Positions 12,601 to 27,984 of a stretch of 64,000 nucleotides of DNA are shown here, piece after piece. The translations under genes and the position numbers were made by a program. Origin of the DNA: Auanema rhodensis (lineage: Eukaryota; Animalia; Nematoda); contig OZ059894.1 in NCBI GenBank assembly GCA_964057225.1, forward strand, positions 24,614,001 to 24,678,000. The letters run 5' to 3'. The notes under the pieces are model-generated. The model worked only from the letters and a program-made list of their open reading frames with translations, was not told where the DNA came from and did no database searches. Numbering within the stretch: the first letter of the stretch is position 1; the number at the start of each line of letters is the position of its first letter.

Positions 12601-15600
12601 TTTGAAATTTACGTGAACTTTAATTTATGCTAATTAAATGTACACGTGATGTGCACTTGGTATGTAACTCGCTTCACGTGAAAGATAAAGAGATGCGGTT
12701 TTCAAAATTAGATTCCCCATGTCCATTTTAGTCTAAAAACAAATTTTTATTGATATTGGTTCATGGTAACCATGACTTTGAAATTTACGTGAACTTTAAT
12801 TTATGCTAATTAAATGTACACGTGATGTGCACTTGGTATGTAACTCGCTTCACGTGAAAGATAAAGAGATGCGGTTTTCAAAATTAGATTCCCCATGTCC
12901 ATATTAGTCTAAAAACAAATTTTTATTGATATTGGTTTATGGTAACCATGACTTTGAAATTTACGTGAACTTTAATTTATGCTAATTAAATGTACACGTG
13001 ATGTGCACTTGGTATGTAATTCGCTTCACGTGAAAGATAAAGAGATGCGGTTTTCAAAATTAGATTCCCCATGTCCATATTAGTCTAAAAACAAATTTTT
13101 ATTGATATTGGTGCATGGTAACCATGACTTTGAAATTTACGTGAACTTTAATTTATGCTAATTAAATGTACACGTGATGTGCACTTGGTATGTAACTCGC
13201 TTCACTTGAAAGATAAAGAGATGCGGTTTTCAAAATTAGATTCCCCATGTCCATATTAGTCTAAAAACAAATTTTTATTGATATTGGTTCATGGTAACCA
13301 TGACTTTGAAATTTACGTGAACTTTAATTTATGCTAATTAAATGTGCACGTGATGTGCACTTGGTATGTAACTCGCTTCACGTGAAAGATAAAGAGATGC
13401 GGTTTTCAAAATTAGATTCCCCATGTCCATATTAGTCTAAAAACAAATTTTTATTGATATTGGTGCATGGTAACCATGACTTTGAAATTTACGTGAACTT
13501 TAATTTATGCTAATTAAATGTACACGTGATGTGCACTTGGTATGTAACTCGCTTCACATGAAAGATAAAGAGATGCGGTTTTCAAAATTAGATTCCCCAT
13601 GTCCATATTAGTCTAAAAACAAATTTTTATTGATATTGGTTCATGGTAACCATGACTTTGAAATTTACGTGAACTTTAATTTATGCTAATTAAATGTACA
13701 CGTGATGTGCACTTGGTATGTAACTCGCTTCACGTGAAAGATAAAGAGATGCGGTTTTCAAAATTAGATTCCCCATGTCCATATTAGTCTAAAAACAAAT
13801 TTTTATTGATATTGGTGCATGGTAACCATGACTTTGAAATTTACGTGAACTTTAATTTATGCTAATTAAATGTACACGTGATGTGCCCTTGGTATGTAAC
13901 TCGCTTCACGTGAAAGATAAAGAGATGCGGTTTTCAAAATTAAATTTCCCATGTCCATATTAGTCTAAAAACAAATTTTTATTGATATTGGTGCATGGTA
14001 ACCATGACTTTGAAATTTACGTGAACTTTAATTTATGCTAATTAAATGTACACGTGATGTGCACTTGGTATGTAACTCGCTTCACGTGAAAGATAAAGAG
14101 ATGCGGTTTTCATAATTAGATTCCCCATGTCCATATTAGTCTAAAAACAATTTTTTTTCGATATTGGTTCATGGTAACCATGACTTTGAAATTTACGTGA
14201 ACTTTAATTTATGCTAATTGAATGTACACGTGATGTGCACTTGGTATGTAACTCGCTTCACGTGAAAGATAAACAGATGCGGTTTTCAAAATTAGATTCC
14301 CCATTTCCATATTAGTCTAAAAACAAATTTTTATTAATATTGGTTCATGGTAACCATGACTTTGAAATTTACGTGAACTTTAATTTATGCTAATTAAATG
14401 TACACGTGATGTGCACTTGGTATGTAACTCGCTTCACATGAAAGATAAAGAGATGCGGTTTTCAAAATTAGATTCCCCATGTCCATATTAGTCTAAAAAC
14501 AAATTTTTATTGATATTGGTTTATGGTAACCATGACTTTGAAATTTACGTGAACTTTAATTTATGCTAATTAAATGTACACGTGATGTGCACTTGGTATG
14601 TAACTCGCTTCACGTGAAAGATAAAGAGATGCGGTTTTCAAAATTAGATTCCCCATGTCCATATTAGTCTAAAAACAAATTTTTATTGATATTGGTGCAT
14701 GGTAACCATGACTTTGAAATTTACGTGAACTTTAATTTATGCTAATTAAATGTACACGTGATGTGCACTTGGTATGTAACTCGCTTCACTTGAAAGATAA
14801 AGAGATGCGGTTTTCAAAATTAGATTCCCCATGTCCATATTAGTCTAAAAACAAATTTTTATTGATATTGGTTCATGGTAACCATGACTTTGAAATTTAC
14901 GTGAACTTTAATTTATGCTAATTAAATGTACACGTGATGTGCACTTGGTATGTAACTCGCTTCACGTGAAAGATAAAGAGATGCGGTTTTCAAAATTAGA
15001 TTCCCCATGTCCATATTAGTCTAAAAACAAATTTTTATTGATATTGGTGCATGGTAACCATGACTTTGAAATTTACGTGAACTTTAATTTATGCTAATTA
15101 AATGTACACGTGATGTGCACTTGGTATGTAACTCGCTTCACTTGAAAGATAAAGAGATGCGGTTTTCAAAATTAGATTCCCCATGTCCATATTAGTCTAA
15201 AAACAAATTTTTATTGATATTGGTTCATGGTAACCATGACTTTGAAATTTACGTGAACTTTAATTTATGCTAATTAAATGTACACGTGATGTGCACTTGG
15301 TATGTAACTCGCTTCACGTGAAAGATAAAGAGATGCGGTTTTCAAAATTAGATTCCCCATGTCCATATTAGTCTAAAAACAAATTTTTATTGATATTGGT
15401 TCATGGTAACCATGACTTTGAAATTTACGTGAACTTTAATTTATGCTAATTAAATGTACACGTGATGTGCACTTGGTATGTAACTCGCTTCACGTGAAAG
15501 ATAAAGAGATGCGGTTTTCAAAATTAGATTCCCCATGTCCATATTAGTCTAAAAACTAATTTTTATTGATATTGGTTTATGGTAACCATGACTTTGAAAT

Positions 15601-18600
15601 TTACGTGAACTTTAATTTATGCTAATTAAATGTACACGTGATGTGCACTTGGTATGTAACTCGCTTCACGTGAAAGATAAAGAGATGCGGTTTTCAAAAT
15701 TAGATTCCCCATGTCCATATTAGTCTAAAAACAAATTTTTATTGATATTGGTGCATGGTAACCATGACTTTGAAATTTACGTGAACTTTAATTTATGCTA
15801 ATTAAATGTACACGTGATGTGCACTTGGTATGTAACTCGCTTCACTTGAAAGATAAAGAGATGCGGTTTTCAAAATTAGATTCCCCATGTCCATATTAGT
15901 CTAAAAACAAATTTTTATTGATATTGGTTCATGGTAACCATGACTTTGAAATTTACGTGAACTTTAATTTATGCTAATTAAATGTACACGTGATGTGCAC
16001 TTGGTATGTAACTCGCTTCACGTGAAAGATAAAGAGATGCGGTTTTCAAAATTAGATTCCCCATGTCCATATTAGTCTAAAAACAAATTTTTATTGATAT
16101 TGGTGCATGGTAACCATGACTTTGAAATTTACGTGAACTTTAATTTATGCTAATTAAATGTACACGTGATGTGCACTTGGTATGTAACTCGCTTCACTTG
16201 AAAGATAAAGAGATGCGGTTTTCAAAATTAGATTCCCCATGTCCATATTAGTCTAAAAACAAATTTTTATTGATATTGGTTCATGGTAACCATGACTTTG
16301 AAATTTACGTGAACTTTAATTTATGCTAATTAAATGTACACGTGATGTGCACTTGGTATGTAACTCGCTTCACGTGAAAGATAAAGAGATGCGGTTTTCA
16401 AAATTAGATTCCCCATGTCCATATTAGTCTAAAAACAAATTTTTATTGATATTGGTGCATGGTAACCATGACTTTGAAATTTACGTGAACTTTAATTTAT
16501 GCTAATTAAATGTACACGTGATGTGCACTTGGTATGTAACTCGCTTCACATGAAAGATAAAGAGATGCGGTTTTCAAAATGAGATTCCTCATGTCCATAT
16601 TAGTCTAAAAACAAATTTTTAGTGATATTGGTGCATGGTAACCATGACTTTGAAATTTACGTGAACTTTAATTTATGCTAATTAAATGTACACGTGATGT
16701 GCACTTGGTATGTAACTCGCTTCACATGAAAGATAAAGAGATGCGGTTTTCAAAATTAGATTCCCCATGTCCATATTAGTCTAAAAACAAATTTTTATTG
16801 ATATTGGTTCATGGTAACCATGACTTTGAAATTTACGTGAACTTTAATTTATGCTAATTAAATGTACACGTGATGTGCACTTGGTATGTAACTCGCTTCA
16901 CGTGAAAGATAAAGAGATGCGGTTTTCAAAATTAGATTCCCCATGTCCATATTAGTCTAAAAACAAATTTTTATTGATATTGGTTCATGGTAACCATGAC
17001 TTTGAAATTTACGTGAACTTTAATTTATGCTAATTAAATGTACACGTGATGTGCACTTGGTATGTAACTCGCTTCACGTGAAAGATAAAGAGATGCGGTT
17101 TTCAAAATTAGATTCCCCATGTCCATATTAGTCTAAAAACAAATTTTTATTGATATTGGTTCATGGTAACCATGACTTTGAAATTTACGTGAACTTTAAT
17201 TTATGCTAATTAAATGTACACGTGATGTGCACTTGGTATGTAACTCGCTTCACGTGAAAGATAAAGAGATGCGGTTTTCAAAATTAGATTCCCCATGTCC
17301 ATATTAGTCTAAAAACAAATTTTTATTGATATTGGTGCATGGTAACCATGACTTTGAAATTTACGTGAACTTTAATTTTTGCTAATTAAATGTACACGTG
17401 ATGTGCACTTGGTATGTAACTCGCTTCACATGAAAGATAAAGAGATGCGGTTTTCAAAATTAGATTCCCCATGTCCATATTAGTCTAAAAACAAATTTTT
17501 ATTGATATTGGTTCATGGTAACCATGACTTTGAAATTTACGTGAACTTTAATTTATGCTAATTAAATGTACACGTGATGTGCACTTGGTATGTAACTCGC
17601 TTCACGTGAAAGATAAAGAGATGCGGTTTTCAAAATTAGATTCCCCATGTCCATATTAGTCTAAAAACAAATTTTTATTGATATTGGTGCATGGTAACCA
17701 TGACTTTGAAATTTACGTGAACTTTAATTTATGCTAATTAAATGTACACGTGATGTGCCCTTGGTATGTAACTCGCTTCACGTGAAAGATAAAGAGATGC
17801 GGTTTTCAAAATGAGATTCCTCATGTCCATATTAGTCTAAAAACAAATTTTTAGTGATATTGGTGCATGGTAACCATGACTTTGAAATTTACGTGAACTT
17901 TAATTTATGCTAATTAAATGTACACGTGATGTGCACTTGGTATGTAACTCGCTTCACGTGAAAGATAAAGAGATGCGGTTTTCAAAATTAGATTCCCCAT
18001 GTCCATATTAGTCTAAAAACAAATTTTTATTGATATTGGTGCATGGTAACCATGACTTTGAAATTTACGTGAACTTTAATTTATGCTAATTAAATGTACA
18101 CGTGATGTGCCCTTGGTATGTAACTCGCTTCACGTGAAAGATAAAGAGATGCGGTTTTCAAAATGAGATTCCTCATGTCCATATTAGTCTAAAAACAAAT
18201 TTTTAGTGATATTGGTGCATGGTAACCATGACTTTGAAATTTACGTGAACTTTAATTTATGCTAATTAAATGTACACGTGATGTGCACTTGGTATGTAAC
18301 TCGCTTCACGTGAAAGATAAAGAGATGCGGTTTTCAAAATTAGATTCCCCATGTCCATTTTAGTCTAAAAACAAATTTTTATTGATATTGGTTCATGGTA
18401 ACCATGACTTTGAAATTTACGTGAACTTTAATTTATGCTAATTAAATGTACACGTGATGTGCACTTGGTATGTAACTCGCTTCACGTGAAAGATAAAGAG
18501 ATGCGGTTTTCAAAATTAGATTCCCCATGTCCATATTAGTCTAAAAACAAATTTTTAGTGATATTGGTGCATGGTAACCATGACTTTGAAATTTACGTGA

Positions 18601-21600
18601 ACTTTAATTTATGCTAATTAAATGTACACGTGATGTGCACTTGGTATGTAACTCGCTTCACGTGAAAGATAAAGAGATGCGGTTTTCAAAATGAGATTCC
18701 TCATGTCCATATTAGTCTAAAAACAAATTTTTAGTGATATTGGTGCATGGTAACCATGACTTTGAAATTTACGTGAACTTTAATTTATGCTAATTAAATG
18801 TACACGTGATGTGCACTTGGTATGTAACTCGCTTCACGTGAAAGATAAAGAGATGCGGTTTTCAAAATTAGATTCCCCATGTCCATATTAGTCTAAAAAC
18901 AAATTTTTATTGATATTGGTGCATGGTAACCATGACTTTGAAATTTACGTGAACTTTAATTTATGCTAATTAAATGTACACGTGATGTGCCCTTGGTATG
19001 TAACTCGCTTCACGTGAAAGATAAAGAGATGCGGTTTTCAAAATGAGATTCCTCATGTCCATATTAGTCTAAAAACAAATTTTTAGTGATATTGGTGCAT
19101 GGTAACCATGACTTTGAAATTTACGTGAACTTTAATTTATGCTAATTAAATGTACACGTGATGTGCACTTGGTATGTAACTCGCTTCACGTGAAAGATAA
19201 AGAGATGCGGTTTTCAAAATTAGATTCCTCATGTCCATATTAGTCTAAAAACAAATTTTTAGTGATATTGGTGCATGGTAACCATGACTTTGAAATTTAC
19301 GTGAACTTTAATTTATGCTAATTAAATGTACACGTGATGTGCACTTGGTATGTAACTCGCTTCACGTGAAAGATAAAGAGATGCGGTTTTCAAAATTAGA
19401 TTCCCCATGTCCATATTAGTCTAAAAACAAATTTTTATTGATATTGGTGCATGGTAACCATGACTTTGAAATTTACGTGAACTTTAATTTATGCTAATTA
19501 AATGTACACGTGATGTGCCCTTGGTATGTAACTCGCTTCACGTGAAAGATAAAGAGATGCGGTTTTCAAAATGAGATTCCTCATGTCCATATTAGTCTAA
19601 AAACAAATTTTTAGTGATATTGGTGCATGGTAACCATGACTTTGAAATTTACGTGAACTTTAATTTATGCTAATTAAATGTACACGTGATGTGCACTTGG
19701 TATGTAACTCGCTTCACGTGAAAGATAAAGAGATGCGGTTTTCAAAATTAGATTCCCCATGTCCATTTTAGTCTAAAAACAAATTTTTATTGATATTGGT
19801 TCATGGTAACCATGACTTTGAAATTTACGTGAACTTTAATTTATGCTAATTAAATGTACACGTGATGTGCACTTGGTATGTAACTCGCTTCACGTGAAAG
19901 ATAAAGAGATGCGGTTTTCAAAATTAGATTCCCCATGTCCATATTAGTCTAAAAACAAATTTTTATTGATATTGGTTTATGGTAACCATGACTTTGAAAT
20001 TTACGTGAACTTTAATTTATGCTAATTAAATGTACACGTGATGTGCACTTGGTATGTAATTCGCTTCACGTGAAAGATAAAGAGATGCGGTTTTCAAAAT
20101 TAGATTCCCCATGTCCATATTAGTCTAAAAACAAATTTTTATTGATATTGGTGCATGGTAACCATGACTTTGAAATTTACGTGAACTTTAATTTATGCTA
20201 ATTAAATGTACACGTGATGTGCACTTGGTATGTAACTCGCTTCACTTGAAAGATAAAGAGATGCGGTTTTCAAAATTAGATTCCCCATGTCCATATTAGT
20301 CTAAAAACAAATTTTTATTGATATTGGTTCATGGTAACCATGACTTTGAAATTTACGTGAACTTTAATTTATGCTAATTAAATGTGCACGTGATGTGCAC
20401 TTGGTATGTAACTCGCTTCACGTGAAAGATAAAGAGATGCGGTTTTCAAAATTAGATTCCCCATGTCCATATTAGTCTAAAAACAAATTTTTATTGATAT
20501 TGGTGCATGGTAACCATGACTTTGAAATTTACGTGAACTTTAATTTATGCTAATTAAATGTACACGTGATGTGCACTTGGTATGTAACTCGCTTCACTTG
20601 AAAGATAAAGAGATGCGGTTTTCAAAATTAGATTCCCCATGTCCATATTAGTCTAAAAACAAATTTTTATTGATATTGGTTCATGGTAACCATGACTTTG
20701 AAATTTACGTGAACTTTAATTTATGCTAATTAAATGTGCACGTGATGTGCACTTGGTATGTAACTCGCTTCACGTGAAAGATAAAGAGATGCGGTTTTCA
20801 AAATTAGATTCCCCATGTCCATATTAGTCTAAAAACAAATTTTTATTGATATTGGTGCATGGTAACCATGACTTTGAAATTTACGTGAACTTTAATTTAT
20901 GCTAATTAAATGTACACGTGATGTGCCCTTGGTATGTAACTCGCTTCACGTGAAAGATAAAGAGATGCGGTTTTCAAAATGAGATTCCTCATGTCCATAT
21001 TAGTCTAAAAACAAATTTTTAGTGATATTGGTGCATGGTAACCATGACTTTAAAATTTACGTGAACTTTAATTTATGCTAATTAAATGTACACGTGATGT
21101 GCACTTGGTATGTAACTCGCTTCACGTGAAAGATAAAGAGATGCGGTTTTCAAAATTAGATTCCCCATGTCCATATTAGTCTAAAAACAAATTTTTATTG
21201 ATATTGGTGCATGGTAACCATGACTTTGAAATTTACGTGAACTTTAATTTATGCTAATTAAATGTACACGTGATGTGCACTTGGTATGTAACTCGCTTCA
21301 CGTGAAAGATAAAGAGATGCGGTTTTCAAAATTAAATTTCCCATGTCCATATTAGTCTAAAAACAAATTTTTATTGATATTGGTGCATGGTAACCATGAC
21401 TTTGAAATTTACGTGAACTTTAATTTATGCTAATTAAATGTACACGTGATGTGCACTTGGTATGTAACTCGCTTCACGTGAAAGATAAAGAGATGCGGTT
21501 TTCATAATTAGATTCCCCATGTCCATATTAGTCTAAAAACAATTTTTTTTCGATATTGGTTCATGGTAACCATGACTTTGAAATTTACGTGAACTTTAAT

Positions 21601-22500
21601 TAATGCTAATTGAATGTACACGTGATGTGCACTTGGTATGTAACTCGCTTCACGTGAAAGATAAACAGATGCGGTTTTCAAAATTAGATTCCCCATTTCC
21701 ATATTAGTCTAAAAACAAATTTTTATTAATATTGGTTCATGGTAACCATGACTTTGAAATTTACGTGAACTTTAATTTATGCTAATTAAATGTACACGTG
21801 ATGTGCACTTGGTATGTAACTCGCTTCACATGAAAGATAAAGAGATGCGGTTTTCAAAATTAGATTCCCCATGTCCATATTAGTCTAAAAACAAATTTTT
21901 ATTGATATTGGTTTATGGTAACCATGACTTTGAAATTTACGTGAACTTTAATTTATGCTAATTAAATGTACACGTGATGTGCACTTGGTATGTAACTCGC
22001 TTCACGTGAAAGATAAAGAGATGCGGTTTTCAAAATTAGATTCCCCATGTCCATATTAGTCTAAAAACAAATTTTTATTGATATTGGTGCATGGTAACCA
22101 TGACTTTGAAATTTACGTGAACTTTAATTTATGCTAATTAAATGTACACGTGATGTGCACTTGGTATGTAACTCGCTTCACTTGAAAGATAAAGAGATGC
22201 GGTTTTCAAAATTAGATTCCCCATGTCCATATTAGTCTAAAAACAAATTTTTATTGATATTGGTTCATGGTAACCATGACTTTGAAATTTACGTGAACTT
22301 TAATTTATGCTAATTAAATGTACACGTGATGTGCACTTGGTATGTAACTCGCTTCACGTGAAAGATAAAGAGATGCGGTTTTCAAAATTAGATTCCCCAT
22401 GTCCATATTAGTCTAAAAACAAATTTTTATTGATATTGGTGCATGGTAACCATGACTTTGAAATTTACGTGAACTTTAATTTATGCTAATTAAATGTACA
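9600..22500. repeat. Large near-tandem duplication, offset 40 monomers (7040 bp) shifting to 42 monomers (7392 bp)
   Basis: Variants at 10711/17751, 12181/19221, 13011/20051 and 13341/20381 are offset by 7040; variants at 14111/21503, 14159/21551 and 14521/21913 are offset by 7392. Confidence 0.88.
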
Positions 22501-25000
22501 CGTGATGTGCACTTGGTATGTAACTCGCTTCACATGAAAGATAAAGAGATGCGGTTTTCAAAATTAGATTCCCCATGTCCATATTAGTCTAAAAACAAAT
22601 TTTTATTGATATTGGTTCATGGTAACCATGACTTTGAAATTTACGTGAACTTTAATTTATGCTAATTAAATGTACACGTGATGTGCACTTGGTATGTAAC
22701 TCGCTTCACGTGAAAGATAAAGAGATGCGGTTTTCAAAATTAGATTCCCCATGTCCATATTAGTCTAAAAACAAATTTTTATTGATATTGGTGCATGGTA
22801 ACCATGACTTTGAAATTTACGTGAACTTTAATTTATGCTAATTAAATGTACACGTGATGTGCCCTTGGTATGTAACTCGCTTCACGTGAAAGATAAAGAG
22901 ATGCGGTTTTCAAAATGAGATTCCTCATGTCCATATTAGTCTAAAAACAAATTTTTAGTGATATTGGTGCATGGTAACCATGACTTTGAAATTTACGTGA
23001 ACTTTAATTTATGCTAATTAAATGTACACGTGATGTGCACTTGGTATGTAACTCGCTTCACGTGAAAGATAAAGAGATGCGGTTTTCAAAATTAGATTCC
23101 CCATGTCCATATTAGTCTAAAAACAAATTTTTATTGATATTGGTGCATGGTAACCATGACTTTGAAATTTACGTGAACTTTAATTTATGCTAATTAAATG
23201 TACACGTGATGTGCACTTGGTATGTAACTCGCTTCACGTGAAAGATAAAGAGATGCGGTTTTCAAAATTAAATTTCCCATGTCCATATTAGTCTAAAAAC
23301 AAATTTTTATTGATATTGGTGCATGGTAACCATGACTTTGAAATTTACGTGAACTTTAATTTATGCTAATTAAATGTACACGTGATGTGCACTTGGTATG
23401 TAACTCGCTTCACGTGAAAGATAAAGAGATGCGGTTTTCATAATTAGATTCCCCATGTCCATATTAGTCTAAAAACAATTTTTTTTCGATATTGGTTCAT
23501 GGTAACCATGACTTTGAAATTTACGTGAACTTTAATTTATGCTAATTGAATGTACACGTGATGTGCACTTGGTATGTAACTCGCTTGACGTGAAAGATAA
23601 ACAGATGCGGTTTTCAAAATTAGATTCCCCATTTCCATATTAGTCTAAAAACAAATTTTTATTAATATTGGTTCATGGTAACCATGACTTTGAAATTTAC
23701 GTGAACTTTAATTTATGCTAATTAAATGTACACGTGATGTGCACTTGGTATGTAACTCGCTTCACATGAAAGATAAAGAGATGCGGTTTTCAAAATTAAA
23801 TTCCCCATGTCCATATTAGTCTAAAAACAAATTTTTATTGATATTGGTTCATGGTAACCATGACTTTGAAATTTACGTGAACTTTAATTTATGCTAATTA
23901 AATGTACACGTGATGTGCACTTGGTATGTAACTCGCTTCACGTGAAAGATAAAGAGATGCGGTTTTCAAAATTAGATTCCCCATGTCCATATTAGTCTAA
24001 AAACAAATTTTTATTGATATTGGTGCATGGTAACCATGACTTTGAAATTTACGTGAACTTTAATTTATGCTAATTAAATGTACACGTGATGTGCCCTTGG
24101 TATGTAACTCGCTTTACGTGAAAGATAAAGAGATGCGGTTTTCAAAATGAGATTCCTCATGTCCATATTAGTCTAAAAACAAATTTTTAGTGATATTGGT
24201 GCATGGTAACCATGACTTTGAAATTTACGTGAACTTTAATTTATGCTAATTAAATGTACAAGTGATGTGCACTTGGTATGTAACTCGCTTCACGTGAAAG
24301 ATAAAGAGATGCGGTTTTCAAAATTAGATTCCCCATGTCCATATTAGTCTAAAAACAAATTTTTATTGATATTGGTGCATGGTAACCATGACTTTGAAAT
24401 TTACGTGAACTTTAATTTATGCTAATTAAATGTACACGTGATGTGCACTTGGTATGTAACTCGCTTCACGTGAAAGATAAAGAGATGCGGTTTTCAAAAT
24501 TAAATTTCCCATGTCCATATTAGTCTAAAAACAAATTTTTATTGATATTGGTGCATGGTAACCATGACTTTGAAATTTACGTGAACTTTAATTTATGCTA
24601 ATTAAATGTACACGTGATGTGCACTTGGTATGTAACTCGCTTCACGTGAAAGATAAAGAGATGCGGTTTTCATAATTAGATTCCCCATGTCCATATTAGT
24701 CTAAAAACAATTTTTTTTCGATATTGGTTCATGGTAACCATGACTTTGAAATTTACGTGAACTTTAATTTATGCTAATTGAATGTACACGTGATGTGCAC
24801 TTGGTATGTAACTCGCTTCACGTGAAAGATAAACAGATGCGGTTTTCAAAATTAGATTCCCCATTTCCATATTAGTCTAAAAACAAATTTTTATTAATAT
24901 TGGTTCATGGTAACCATGACTTTGAAATTTACGTGAACTTTAATTTATGCTAATTAAATGTACACGTGATGTGCACTTGGTATGTAACTCGCTTCACATG
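22500..25000. repeat. 7-mer (1232 bp) tandem duplication
   Basis: GCCCTTGG at 22861/24093 and TTTTTTCG with C at 23487/24719, with matching intervening variants. Confidence 0.88.
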
Positions 25001-26224
25001 AAAGATAAAGAGATGCGGTTTTCAAAATTAGATTCCCCATGTCCATATTAGTCTAAAAACAAATTTTTATTGATATTGGTTCATGGTAACCATGACTTTG
25101 AAATTTACGTGAACTTTAATTTATGCTAATTAAATGTACACGTGATGTGCACTTGGTATGTAACTCGCTTCACGTGAAAGATAAAGAGATGCGGTTTTCA
25201 AAATTAGATTCCCCATGTCCATATTAGTCTAAAAACAAATTTTTATTGATATTGGTGCATGGTAACCATGACTTTGAAATTTACGTGAACTTTAATTTAT
25301 GCTAATTAAATGTACACGTGATGTGCACTTGGTATGTAACTCGCTTCACGTGAAAGATAAAGAGATGCGGTTTTCAAAATTAGATTCCCCATGTCCATAT
25401 TAGTCTAAAAACAAATTTTTATTGATATTGGTTCATGGTAACCATGACTTTGAAATTTACGTGAACTTTAATTTATGCTAATTAAATGTACACGTGATGT
25501 GCACTTGGTATGTAACTCGCTTCACATGAAAGATAAAGAGATGCGGTTTTCAAAATTAGATTCCCCATGTCCATATTAGTCTAAAAACAAATTTTTATTG
25601 ATATTGGTTCATGGTAACCATGACTTTGAAATTTACGTGAACTTTAATTTATGCTAATTAAATGTACACGTGATGTGCACTTGGTATGTAACTCGCTTCA
25701 CGTGAAAGATAAAGAGATGCGGTTTTCAAAATGAGATTCCTCATGTCCATATTAGTCTAAAAACAAATTTTTAGTGATATTGGTGCATGGTAACCATGAC
25801 TTTGAAATTTACGTGAACTTTAATTTATGCTAATTAAATGTACACGTGATGTGCACTTGGTATGTAACTCGCTTCACGTGAAAGATAAAGAGATGCGGTT
25901 TTCAAAATTAGATTCCCCATGTCCATATTAGTCTAAAAACAAATTTTTATTGATATTGGTGCATGGTAACCATGACTTTGAAATTTACGTGAACTTTAAT
26001 TTATGCTAATTAAATGTACACGTGATGTGCACTTGGTATGTAACTCGCTTCACGTGAAAGATAAAGAAATGCGGTTTTCAAAATTAAATTTCCCATGTCC
26101 ATATTAGTCTAAAAACAAATTTTTATTGATATTGGTGCATGGTAACCATGACTTTGAAATTTACGTGAACTTTAATTTATGCTAATTAAATGTACACGTG
26201 ATGTGCACTTGGTATGTAACTCGC

Positions 26225-27984
26225 TTCACGTGAAAGATAAAGAGATGCGGTTTTCATAATTAGATTCCCCATGTCCATATTAGTCTAAAAACAAATTTTT
26301 ATTGATATTGGTTCATGGTAACCATGACTTTGAAATTTACGTGAACTTTAATTTATGCTAATTAAATGTACACGTGATGTGCACTTGGTATGTAACTCGC
26401 TTCACGTGAAAGATAAAGAGATGCGGTTTTCAAAATTAGATTCCCCATGTCCATATTAGTTTAAAAACAAATTTTTATTGATATTGGTTCATGGTAACCA
26501 TGACTTTGAAATTTACGTGAACTTTAATTTATGCTAATTAAATGTACACGTGATGTGCACTTGGTATGTAACTCGCTTCACTTGAAAGATAAAGAGATGC
26601 GGTTTTCAAAATTAGATTCCCCATGTCAATATTAGTCTAAAAACAAATTTTTATTGATATTGGTTCATGGTAACCATGACTTTGAAATTTACGTGAACTT
26701 TAATTTATGCTAATTAAATGTACACGTGATGTGCACTTGGTATGTAACTCGCTTCACGTGAAAGATAAAGAGATGCGGTTTTCAAAATTAGATTCCCCAT
26801 GTCCATATTAGTCTAAAAACAAATTTTTATTGATATTGGTGCATGGTAACCATGACTTTGAAATTTACGTGAACTTTAATTTATGCTAATTAAATGTACA
26901 CGTGATGTGCACTTGGTATGTAACTCGCTTCACATGAAAGATAAAGAGATGCGGTTTTCAAAATTAGATTCCCCATGTCCATATTAGTCTAAAAACAAAT
27001 TTTTATTGATATTGGTTCATGGTAACCATGACTTTGAAATTTACGTGAACTTTAATTTATGCTAATTAAATGTACACGTGATGTGCACTTGGTATGTAAC
27101 TCGCTTCACGTGAAAGATAAAGAGATGCCGTTTTCATAATTAGATTCCCCATGTCCATATTAGTCTAAAAACAAATTTTTATTGATATTGGTTCATGGTA
27201 ACCATGACTTTGAAATTTACGTGAACTTTAATTTATGCTAATTAAATGTACACGTGATGTGCACTTGGTATGTAACTCGCTTCACGTGAAAGATAAAGAG
27301 ATGCGGTTTTCAAAATTAGATTCCCCATGTCCATATTAGTTTAAAAACAAATTTTTATTGATATTGGTTCATGGTAACCATGACTTTGAAATTTACGTGA
27401 ACTTTAATTTATGCTAATTAAATGTACACGTGATGTGCACTTGGTATGTAACTCGCTTCACTTGAAAGATAAAGAGATGCGGTTTTCAAAATTAGATTCC
27501 CCATGTCCATATTAGTCTAAAAACAAATTTTTATTGATATTGGTTCATGGTAACCATGACTTTGAAATTTACGTGAACTTTAATTTATGCTAATTAAATG
27601 TACACGTGATGTGCACTTGGTATGTAACTCGCTTCACGTGAAAGATAAAGAGATGCGGTTTTCAAAATTAGATTCCCCATGTCCATATTAGTCTAAAAAC
27701 AAATTTTTATTGATATTGGTGCATGGTAACCATGACTTTGAAATTTACGTGAACTTTAATTTATGCTAATTAAATGTACACGTGATGTGCACTTGGTATG
27801 TAACTCGCTTCACATGAAAGATAAAGAGATGCGGTTTTCAAAATTAGATTCCCCATGTCCATATTAGTCTAAAAACAAATTTTTATTGATATTGGTTCAT
27901 GGTAACCATGACTTTGAAATTTACGTGAACTTTAATTTATGCTAATTAAATGTACACGTGATGTGCACTTGGTATGTAACTCGC
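26225..27984. repeat. 5-mer (880 bp) tandem duplication
   Basis: CATAAT at 26255/27135 and AGTTTAAAAAC at 26461/27341, plus CACTTG and CACATG variants in register. Confidence 0.85.

Noticed and set aside
21508-21702. 64-aa ORF on the minus strand
   Set aside because: It lies wholly within satellite monomers and spans about one repeat unit. It is open only because local variants remove stop codons present in the other copies, and it has no recognisable protein features.
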